Program-made: the position numbers and the translations under genes
DNA from: Candidatus Gottesmanbacteria bacterium
GTDB taxonomy: Bacteria; Patescibacteriota; Microgenomatia; UBA10105; UBA927
Assembly (NCBI GenBank): GCA_023245335.1
Contig: JAHFKK010000001.1
Coordinates: 235,282-299,281, forward strand
DNA: 64,000 bases
Direction: 5' to 3'
In this document: in pieces, positions 56,934 to 64,000 of the stretch
How the letters are laid out: the number at the start of each line of letters is the position of its first letter
Numbering within the stretch: position 1 is the stretch's first letter
The notes under the pieces: generated by a model
Told to the model about the DNA's origin: nothing
The model's database searches: none
The model's input: only the letters and a program-made list of their open reading frames with translations

Positions 56934-58553
56934 ATGAACTATATCGCGTCACTGGTTCGTCGTCTACGGCCCGATCGTATCATATATGTCTTCGGGTGTT
57001 TGGTTGTGTTGGTGAGTGCGTTCGGTCCGCTTGTTTATCTCTCTCTGCACGCGCCAGCCGGCACGCAGTACCGGTTTGCAGACGGATTTTTTTCTGACTA
57101 CTACCATTACCTCATGAAGATAAAAAGCGGCATGATGGGCCACGTGGGTTACTATAACCGGTATACGGAGATTCCCCAGCCGGTTTCCTACGGTCATGCA
57201 TTGTTTGCGATTATGGGGTATGTGAGTGGTGGAGTCGGATTATATCGGGCGGACATCGTATATCTTATTTCCCGAGTCGCGACACTGCTTTTTCTTTTCA
57301 CCGTCGTGTATCGCGTGACCACAAAGTTCTTCCACTTAGCGCTCTACCGTATCGCCGTATTTTTCTTATTCTTTACTGGCACGAGCGGGTACACGATTGT
57401 TCATGCCACAACGGGATTGAGGGCAGTCGAACCCATTACGTTTTCCGGTTTCTACAATGCCCTACAAAAGTTTCCCGCTCCGCCGCATCATTTATTGGCG
57501 TCGACACTCCTTCTTCTTATTGCCGGCGTGGTTCTGGGTGGGCAAAGGGGAGTGCGAAAATACATATATATCGCGGTTTCAGCATTCGTCATAGGTATGC
57601 TGCAGCCGTTTATCGGTATAGTCGGGGTATTATCTTTTGGATTTGTTTTCTGTTTCTATTTTATCTTTGACCGACAGAAGGCGCTTAAGGCGTTCATTCA
57701 GATTTCAGTTTTTGTATTAGCAAGCGCTCTTCCGATTTTGTATTATGCATATCTTTTCGGGCATGTCCTCCCATGGACGATTTGGGCGCAAACGACTTTC
57801 GGCTATAATTATCAGACGGATTTTTTGGGATACATTGTCGCAAACATCGTGTACGTGCCATTCGTACTCCTCCTCATACCGGTCATGAAAAAGCTGCCGC
57901 CTTTTTTCCTATTTCTCCTGGGTTGGGGCGCCGTCATACCCACCGCACTCTATCCGTTTGCCGCCCGCGGAACACTATTATCGTTGCCGCGACTTTTGCA
58001 GGTACAGCAATATATACCGCTTTCTTTACTCTCCGGATATGGGATATGGCAAGCGCTTCATCGGTATGGGCATCGCACGCAGCGATTCGTGACGGGAATA
58101 CTCGTTATCCTCATGGTCGGCTTTGCGGCATTGCCGTGGCAGACGACGATTGCTGACTCGTTTACCTGGAAGCAGCCGGGCTACTACAATGTGTTTATCC
58201 CGAATGATTTTATCGACGCAATGAATTATCTTGAATTGCATACGCAGAGTGAAAGCGTTGTTTTAACGGGAGAATATATGAGCGCGGTGATACCGGCGTT
58301 CACACACAACCGGGTTATACTAGGCCGGGGCGATGTCGTATCCGACTACGGCGCGAAACTCCGGGGCATGTATGCAGTGTTTGGTCCGAACCCCGAACCG
58401 ATATTTATAAAAAAATATCTTGATACGTATCGCATTTCGTATGTGATCTTCGGGACAGACACGCCATCATTTGATCCGCTGTATTCGAAATTTCCGTTTT
58501 TCCAACCCATATTCAGCAAAGGAAATGTGACGGTCGCAAAGGTGCTCCGGTGA
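56934..58553 (+). CDS. polytopic membrane protein, probable GT-C-like
   Basis: About 12 TM. Start set to the ATG 56934; the track ATG at 56898 would overlap the divergent gene by 31 nt. Confidence 0.45.
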   Translation: MNYIASLVRRLRPDRIIYVFGCLVVLVSAFGPLVYLSLHAPAGTQYRFADGFFSDYYHYLMKIKSGMMGHVGYYNRYTEIPQPVSYGHALFAIMGYVSGGVGLYRADIVYLISRVATLLFLFTVVYRVTTKFFHLALYRIAVFFLFFTGTSGYTIVHATTGLRAVEPITFSGFYNALQKFPAPPHHLLASTLLLLIAGVVLGGQRGVRKYIYIAVSAFVIGMLQPFIGIVGVLSFGFVFCFYFIFDRQKALKAFIQISVFVLASALPILYYAYLFGHVLPWTIWAQTTFGYNYQTDFLGYIVANIVYVPFVLLLIPVMKKLPPFFLFLLGWGAVIPTALYPFAARGTLLSLPRLLQVQQYIPLSLLSGYGIWQALHRYGHRTQRFVTGILVILMVGFAALPWQTTIADSFTWKQPGYYNVFIPNDFIDAMNYLELHTQSESVVLTGEYMSAVIPAFTHNRVILGRGDVVSDYGAKLRGMYAVFGPNPEPIFIKKYLDTYRISYVIFGTDTPSFDPLYSKFPFFQPIFSKGNVTVAKVLR

Positions 58554-58565
58554 TACAATCCTGAT

Positions 58566-59021
58566 ATGAGTAGTCATGTTTCATCATCAGAACGATTCAA
58601 GATGATCGTGTGTCCGTATCCTTTCATCGTCCGTCGCGGAAAGATTCTGCTTACCCGGCGCAAAAATACATCCTATATGGACGGGATGTATAGTTTGCCG
58701 GCAGGGCACGAAGAAACAGATGAGTCCCTGCTCACGTGTCTGGTCCGCGAAGCGAAAGAAGAAGTGGGGATTATAATTGATCCCAAGACTCCTGCACTTG
58801 TTCACGTCATGCACCGTAATGAAGAAGACGTACGGATGGATCTTTTCTACCTCGTTTCTGTCTGGAACGGGATGCCGAAAATCTGCGAACCCGATAAATG
58901 CGATTCCATGGGGTGGTATGCATACAGTAAACTTCCCCAAAATACGGTTCCCTACATCAGGGCTGCTATAGAGGCATGGCAAAAGGGGATCCTCTACGAG
59001 GAATGGGGATGGGAAGCTTAA
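58566..59021 (+). CDS. NUDIX hydrolase
   Basis: AGHEETDESLLTCLVREAKEEVGI. Confidence 0.75.
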   Translation: MSSHVSSSERFKMIVCPYPFIVRRGKILLTRRKNTSYMDGMYSLPAGHEETDESLLTCLVREAKEEVGIIIDPKTPALVHVMHRNEEDVRMDLFYLVSVWNGMPKICEPDKCDSMGWYAYSKLPQNTVPYIRAAIEAWQKGILYEEWGWEA

Positions 59022-59431
59022 ATTCTTATCCGGTACCGTTTCGTATTCGTGCCGCCTGATTTGAGCGTAGATTGGATAAGGAGGGTTGCTGCCGATATAT
59101 TGTAGTGCGGCGTACAGACTCCCCGGCTGCAGGTACCGAAATAGAGATCCCGTGAGTCGGAGATTTCCCCGGTAGGACTAATTGATCCCATCGCGCCCTG
59201 TTCGACACCGTTTGCAGTATAGGAAAGCGTATAAGTCACCTTCGTGACACGGTCGAGATGGAGAAACGTCACAATGACGCTATGCGTCGGGCGGGAAAGT
59301 TTGGCGGAGGAATAGGTGATTCCGACTGCGCCGCCCGTACTCCTGACGCGCACACGAGCTGCCAATATGACGCCGGGAAGTGCGACGAGAAGTAGAGAGA
59401 GGATGAAAAGCGTGCCGATAATTTTTGTCAT
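59018..59431 (-). CDS. hypothetical secreted protein
   Basis: Start set to the ATG (MTKIIGTLFILSLLL), which follows a TATAAT and an AGGAAAG. The track start is an upstream GTG. Confidence 0.45.
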   Translation of the reverse strand: MTKIIGTLFILSLLLVALPGVILAARVRVRSTGGAVGITYSSAKLSRPTHSVIVTFLHLDRVTKVTYTLSYTANGVEQGAMGSISPTGEISDSRDLYFGTCSRGVCTPHYNISAATLLIQSTLKSGGTNTKRYRIRI

Positions 59432-59550
59432 ACGCTTTCCTATTATAGCAGTCTTTTTTGGGCGGAAAAGGCGTGCGTTGTTCACAATTTACCGGATGTC
59501 ATATACAATGCGAGTGACCACACGTATTGAATTTATTCGTTGCACGTCCT

Positions 59551-61188
59551 ATGAAGCGATGGCTGACGCCGATATTACTCCTTCTCATATTGTGCGTGGC
59601 GTTGTTTGTGCGGGTATATAAGCTCGATGATTTTCCCGTCGGCTTCCATAATGATGAGGTGTATGTCGCATATAACAGCTGGTCGCTTTTGGAAACCGGT
59701 AAAGATGCAAGCGGGCATTTTTTGCCGATTGTCATCAATCAATGGGGAGATTATCGACCGGCCGGATATCATTACTTCGCGGCATTAAGTTATCTTTTGT
59801 TTGGGTTATCCGATTGGGCGACGAGATTGCCGGGTGCGGTATTTGGTGCGATAAGCGTCATACTGCTTTGGCTGGTGGTCGATCTCTTGTGGGGAAGAAA
59901 GACCGCCTGGATTGCGGCGGTTATTTTGGCGATCCTACCATGGCACATCATGATAAGCAGGGCCACAAGTGAGAGTGTCATGTCGCTCTCATTTGTACTC
60001 GTTGGCGTGTATGGCGCCGCCCGGGTATATAAACGACACGCCGCGCCTCTTTGGTATATCACGACGTGTCTGGGGTTTGTTGCTAGCTTTTTGTCGTATC
60101 ACGCTGCACGATACGCCGTGCCCATATTTTTTGTCGGGTTGGCCGGATTGTTTTGGATATGGCGGCAAAAGCGACTCGCAATACTTACGTTTATTCTTAG
60201 TATTATCTTGGGCGTCTTTTCCATACTGCTTCTTTCGACAGGGGGTAATGCACGAGCATCTCAAATCAGCATTTTTTCGTTTCCCGAAACCAAACTGGTG
60301 CTCGATGAGTCCATCCGTGAAGATGGCGTTCAGAATGTCCTCTTTACCCGATTGTGGCATAACAAAGCGGTCGCATATTTCACGGTTGCGGTAGGAAACG
60401 GGTTACGGCATATGGGAAGCAACTTTTTGGCGTATGGAGAATTTCTCCCTGCACGATACGTGGCCGGGAGCGAGACCCTGCTGCCTCTCTGGATGTACGG
60501 GTTTTATCTTTTAGGATATGCCGTCATTATCGCGGGCGTATTTACGAAAAAACAAAAGGAATCCCTTGTGTTTCTGTGGGCCAGTGTCGTGGCGCTTATA
60601 CCCGCAGCGTTGACGGTTGAAGACATCCCGAATGTGCAGCGGGCGAGCATTTTTATCGTACTCGTCGTCATCGCTATTTCCATTGGCATCCATACACTTT
60701 TTGAAGCCCTCCGCGGCAACGCGCGGAAAATAGTTGTTGTCGTATTCATTATCGTCGCTGTATATTCCTCCGGACAGTTTTTTCATGAGTACTTTGTCCA
60801 TGGTTTTGTGCATCGCCCTTGGTACCGAAACAACGGCGAGAAGGATCTTGTACTTACGCTCAATAAGTACGCGAAGGCGGGTGAGCGCGCCGTCGTGACC
60901 GCATCTTCGGAGAATGATGAGATGTACTACGTGTGGTATCTACGGATTCCGCCGCATACAGCGCAAACAATTCCTCCGGGACAGCGGCTGCGGACGTTAT
61001 TCCCAACATTTACGTACCTTCCACGCGACTGCGTTTTTGATAAAAGTACGTGGGCGCCGCACACGATATACGTATCCACGGGAAGCTGTAAAGATATTCC
61101 CGGTACGACGATAGAAAAAAGAATCCTGAAGGAAGACGGATCGACTGCATTCACGATATTCCGTTCCGGCGCGACGTATCCGCGATAG
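59551..61188 (+). CDS. ArnT/PMT-family (GT39/GT83) polytopic membrane glycosyltransferase
   Basis: YKLDDFPVGFHNDEVYVAYN...ILPWHIMISRATSE. Start set to the ATG (MKRWLTPILLLL); the track start is a TTG. Confidence 0.65.
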   Translation: MKRWLTPILLLLILCVALFVRVYKLDDFPVGFHNDEVYVAYNSWSLLETGKDASGHFLPIVINQWGDYRPAGYHYFAALSYLLFGLSDWATRLPGAVFGAISVILLWLVVDLLWGRKTAWIAAVILAILPWHIMISRATSESVMSLSFVLVGVYGAARVYKRHAAPLWYITTCLGFVASFLSYHAARYAVPIFFVGLAGLFWIWRQKRLAILTFILSIILGVFSILLLSTGGNARASQISIFSFPETKLVLDESIREDGVQNVLFTRLWHNKAVAYFTVAVGNGLRHMGSNFLAYGEFLPARYVAGSETLLPLWMYGFYLLGYAVIIAGVFTKKQKESLVFLWASVVALIPAALTVEDIPNVQRASIFIVLVVIAISIGIHTLFEALRGNARKIVVVVFIIVAVYSSGQFFHEYFVHGFVHRPWYRNNGEKDLVLTLNKYAKAGERAVVTASSENDEMYYVWYLRIPPHTAQTIPPGQRLRTLFPTFTYLPRDCVFDKSTWAPHTIYVSTGSCKDIPGTTIEKRILKEDGSTAFTIFRSGATYPR

Positions 61189-61231
61189 TACGGTGTACGA
61201 TAAAAGGCGGCGTCTTTGGTATACTAATCCT

Positions 61232-61864
61232 ATGAAGCGCGTCATGTTTGTCATCCTCGGTGGGTTATGTTTGGGTCTTTTGGGCGCAGGCAGTTATTTT
61301 TTGTTTTCCAAAAATAGTACAAACGTCGTAAGCCCGAAAGGCGCGGACGCCAACGTGACCCCGACGGCCGCACCAAAAATGCTTAGCTGGGATGATCCGG
61401 CAGGATTCACTGTTTCTTATCCCGAAGGGCTCATCATGAATAAGCACGATGAAGATGCCGTGAACTATGCGCATGTCGAGTTCACCTCCCCCGGCAAACC
61501 CGGAAGTATGATTATTTGGGTAAAGGATATTCCCCCCGGGGTGTCTGATACCGGCACGTGGGTAAAAAAAGATGCATCGCTTTCGGCGGGAAGCGCTTTG
61601 GATACGACGCTCGGCGGGCAAGCGGCACAAAAAATTCTCCTGGCCACATCGCCCAAAAAAGAAATCATAGGAAGTGTCTATGACAATGCACTGTTTTATA
61701 TCGAAGTCGCTTTGGATGACGGTGGATTTTGGCAGTCCACTACCGATAGCATGGTGCAGTCATTTGTCTTTAAGCCGATAAATACCCAAGCCGGCACGTC
61801 GGACGGCAACAGCGGATCTCCCGGCGACTCTTTAAGTGTCGATGAGGAAGAGGTATTGCAATAG
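61232..61864 (+). CDS. hypothetical secreted protein
   Basis: Start at the ATG (MKRVMFVILGG), with a TATACT 6 nt upstream. The track start is a GTG. Confidence 0.5.
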   Translation: MKRVMFVILGGLCLGLLGAGSYFLFSKNSTNVVSPKGADANVTPTAAPKMLSWDDPAGFTVSYPEGLIMNKHDEDAVNYAHVEFTSPGKPGSMIIWVKDIPPGVSDTGTWVKKDASLSAGSALDTTLGGQAAQKILLATSPKKEIIGSVYDNALFYIEVALDDGGFWQSTTDSMVQSFVFKPINTQAGTSDGNSGSPGDSLSVDEEEVLQ

Positions 61865-61929
61865 GATTTTGTAATTTACTTCACATTTAACTCCCGTTGG
61901 CGTATGGTAGAGAAAAGGGGGTGATGTAC

Positions 61930-62139
61930 ATGAAAGCAGTTCACATGGTGGCGTATGTTCTCTTGTGGATAGGCGGATTGAATTGGGGTCTCGTGGGCTT
62001 ATTGCACTACAATCTCGTGGAAGCACTCCTGGGAAGTTGGCCGATGGTCGTGAGTGTCGTGTATGTGTTGGTAGGACTTTCTGCAGTGTATCTTCTAGTG
62101 ACCCACAAGAGTTACTGTAAAATTTGCGGCGGGAAGTAA
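61930..62139 (+). CDS. DUF378-family small membrane protein
   Basis: IGGLNWGLVGL...LV motif typical of DUF378. The start is one of two ATGs after a GGGGGTG SD. Confidence 0.5.
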   Translation: MKAVHMVAYVLLWIGGLNWGLVGLLHYNLVEALLGSWPMVVSVVYVLVGLSAVYLLVTHKSYCKICGGK

Positions 62140-62316
62140 GTATAACGCTTGCTGTGACAAGCCGCGTAGGTTTGGAGAAATACCATGACGTATGGTATAC
62201 TCCATAGTGTCCTGGGAACAAAGCGTGACCGAGTGCGTTAGGGAGTCTTCTGTAATAGTCGTTCTCCTTAGGCGAGTAGGTACTCCTTCAAGACCTAAGG
62301 GGAAAGGAATTCCAAT

Positions 62317-62583
62317 ATGGCAATCAATTTGTTCGTGGGAAATCTTCCTTACAACATGACCAGTGACGACTTGGCGCAAACTTTTGCTCCGGCCGGAACT
62401 GTCGTATCGGCGAAAGTCATTTCCGACAAATATTCTGGCCGCTCACGCGGATTCGGATTCGTCGAAATGAGCTCTGATGAAGAGAGCAAGAAAGCGATCG
62501 AAATGTTTAACGGTAAAGACGTTAACGGCCGACCGCTCGTCGTCAATGAGGCACGTCCTCGTGAAGACCGACCGAGACAGTAA
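62317..62583 (+). CDS. RRM-type RNA-binding protein
   Basis: RNP2 LFVGNL and RNP1 RGFGFVEM. AAGGGGAAAGGA SD. Confidence 0.85.
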   Translation: MAINLFVGNLPYNMTSDDLAQTFAPAGTVVSAKVISDKYSGRSRGFGFVEMSSDEESKKAIEMFNGKDVNGRPLVVNEARPREDRPRQ

Positions 62584-62591
62584 TCTTTTTC

Positions 62592-62665
62592 CATGAAGCC
62601 GCAAGGCTTCATGACATAGATACTTAGTCATAAAAACAAAAGCCCCGGCGCAAGTCGGGGTTTTT
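62592..62665 (+). terminator. tandem hairpins after the RRM gene: 9-bp stem with GCAA loop (62592..62613), then intrinsic terminator CCCCGGC-GCAA-GTCGGGG plus T5 (62643..62665)
   Basis: CATGAAGCC-GCAA-GGCTTCATG, then CCCCGGCGCAAGTCGGGGTTTTT. Confidence 0.75.
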
Positions 62666-62687
62666 GGTGGTGCCCGATTTGTCTTGT

Positions 62688-63188
62688 ATGCGGCGGTTTG
62701 CTACCATATCGGACAGTATGTTCCAGAGTCCGACGCATGGGGAAGTGACGCTCACTGATATCCGCACACACATACTCCAGTTTTTGGCGTCCGATGCGGC
62801 GTCAAAATATCAGATCGTGGTGGGAACTGATTCACAACCGCATAACGGATCGGGTGTTGATTTCGTGACTGCCATAGTCGTACACCGCCGCGGTCACGGA
62901 GGCATCTATTTTTGGAAACGGGTCGTGAACAAAAAGACCTACGTATTGCGGCAACGGATGTACGAGGAAGCCACGATGTCGCTCATGATGGCAGAAGAAG
63001 TCGTGGCGCTTCTTCATAAAGACGGTATTACCAAATATGATGTGGAAATCCACGTCGATATAGGTACATTCGGCAAGACGCGCGAAATGATTACAGAAAT
63101 TATCGGTATGATCCGGGGGAATGGATTTAGCGTCAAGGTGAAGCCGGATAGTTACGCGGCAAGTAAAGTCGCTGACCGATACACGTAA
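62688..63188 (+). CDS. DUF458 / YkuK-like (RNase H-like fold) protein
   Basis: FQSPTHGEVTL...IVVGTDSQ...VTAIVVHRRG. The start is ambiguous (ATG 62688 or 62718); the track start is a TTG inside the terminator. Confidence 0.45.
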   Translation: MRRFATISDSMFQSPTHGEVTLTDIRTHILQFLASDAASKYQIVVGTDSQPHNGSGVDFVTAIVVHRRGHGGIYFWKRVVNKKTYVLRQRMYEEATMSLMMAEEVVALLHKDGITKYDVEIHVDIGTFGKTREMITEIIGMIRGNGFSVKVKPDSYAASKVADRYT

Positions 63189-63249
63189 ATAGAGAGCGCC
63201 ATAATCGTTTTTCATGTATTATTGGTTGAGAAGAAAGGTGGTGAATGAC

Positions 63250-63708
63250 ATGAATAAGTTATTGATCGGAATTGTCGTTATCATAATTGGCGGCGCAGTC
63301 GGCTGGTATTATTTCAAAGGAACCGGCCCGAAGCCAAATTTTACCGGTACATCGGCTGTGGCTGAAAGTACTCCGACGCCCGGCACTGGGAGTCAGGGGG
63401 ACATGACGGCAAGCGGCAGCACTGCGTTGCAAGGAAATACTGTCGTGACATACACCGATGCCGGGTTTAGTCCCAAATCCGTGGCGGTAAAAAGGGGAAC
63501 GACGGTGACGTTTAAAAACGAAAGCAGTGGCAACATGTGGGTGGCTTCCGGCGTTCATCCGACCCATAGGCTTCTTCCCGGTTTTGACGAATTGACGGGT
63601 GTCACGAAGGGTGGAACCTATGACTATGCGTTTGTAAAAGTGGGTACGTGGCAGTATCACAATCACCTGAAACCAACGGATTTGGCAATTGTCGTGGTAA
63701 CGGAATAA
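63250..63708 (+). CDS. secreted cupredoxin-like domain protein (no obvious Cu ligands)
   Basis: ATG 7 nt after an AAAGGTGGTG SD. Signal/TM, a TPTPGTG linker and a beta-sandwich-like TVTFKNESSGNMWVAS. Confidence 0.4.
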   Translation: MNKLLIGIVVIIIGGAVGWYYFKGTGPKPNFTGTSAVAESTPTPGTGSQGDMTASGSTALQGNTVVTYTDAGFSPKSVAVKRGTTVTFKNESSGNMWVASGVHPTHRLLPGFDELTGVTKGGTYDYAFVKVGTWQYHNHLKPTDLAIVVVTE

Positions 63709-63724
63709 GCACGTGGAACAGAAT

Positions 63725-63760
63725 AAAACCCGCCGAATTCTTCGCGAAGGGCTGGGTTTT
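63725..63760. terminator. possible bidirectional terminator between convergent genes
   Basis: AAAACCCGCC...CTTCGCGAAG...GGCTGGGTTTT, an imperfect palindrome with a T-run. Confidence 0.35.
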
Positions 63761-64000
63761 AGTGGGGAGTCGGCGTCGGAGTGATCGTTGGCATTGGGAC
63801 ACAGTGACCACCCGGAGGTTCGGTGCCGCTTATGAAATATTCGACGCGGTTGTAGTAACAGGGAAGTGAGACGATCGTATCCGGTCTTGGCTCAGTTTCG
63901 TCGGGGCGGTCTTTCAGAAGTTCCACCATCATCTCGTGCCATATGGGTGCGGCTCCGGTAATACCGGACGTGAGATACGGATTCATCGGTGTATTGTCAT
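63759..64000 (-). CDS. penicillin-binding protein, C-terminal end of transpeptidase domain plus Pro/Thr-rich tail (gene continues beyond the right window edge)
   Basis: SGITGAAPIWHEMM resembles the PBP C-terminal GGxxAAPIWxxFM block. Tail PMPTITPTPTPH. The frame is open to the window edge. Confidence 0.45.
   Translation of the reverse strand, partial: DNTPMNPYLTSGITGAAPIWHEMMVELLKDRPDETEPRPDTIVSLPCYYNRVEYFISGTEPPGGHCVPMPTITPTPTPH

Noticed and set aside
1-64000. Searched for CRISPR arrays, reverse transcriptases, integrases or transposases, toxin-antitoxin pairs and other defence-island hallmarks.
   Set aside because: No regularly spaced direct repeats, no RT, integrase or transposase motifs, and no obvious TA pairs were seen. 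The only mobility signature is the tRNA-Ser-associated repeat structure.

Overview
The window is a roughly 50% GC chromosomal segment, dense in genes (about 70 CDS) with five tRNA genes and no rRNA, CRISPR array, transposase or integrase. The gene content is as follows.

- Housekeeping genes include the dnaG-rpoD pair (22.7-25.7 kb) and typA/bipA.
- The tRNA genes are Arg-GCG, Ser-CGA, Arg-CCG, Ser-GGA and Asn-GUU.
- There are seven GT-C fold membrane glycosyltransferase paralogs, of the GT39/ArnT-PMT and YfhO types.
- A three-gene deoxy-aminosugar cassette comprises a single-domain NDP-hexose 2,3-dehydratase-like protein, a Gfo/Idh/MocA reductase and a DegT aminotransferase.
- A nucleotide-salvage theme includes three NUDIX proteins, two DNPH1/NDT-like paralogs, a YfbR-like HD hydrolase, a histidine phosphatase and an NCS2 permease.
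- Two spermidine-synthase-like membrane proteins are present.
- Many small secreted or membrane proteins occur, several with Pro/Thr-rich tails or internal tandem repeats.

Three regions stand out.

- A roughly 5.4 kb low-GC block (13.7-19.1 kb) lies directly downstream of tRNA-Ser(GGA) and ends in a degenerate copy of that tRNA's 3' end plus trailer, an integration scar. It carries a response regulator, histidine kinase, HlyD-like adaptor, ABC ATPase, FtsX-type permease and a small unannotated membrane peptide.
- The 5450-7519 minus-strand ORF fuses a GT39-like polytopic domain to a class-B PBP pedestal domain and stops where a transpeptidase domain should begin.
- A leader peptide plus intrinsic terminator sits upstream of the NCS2 permease.

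Several start codons from the ORF track were moved to the first ATG, SD-supported, or to leave room for a promoter. All family assignments are by eye from motifs and were not checked by search.
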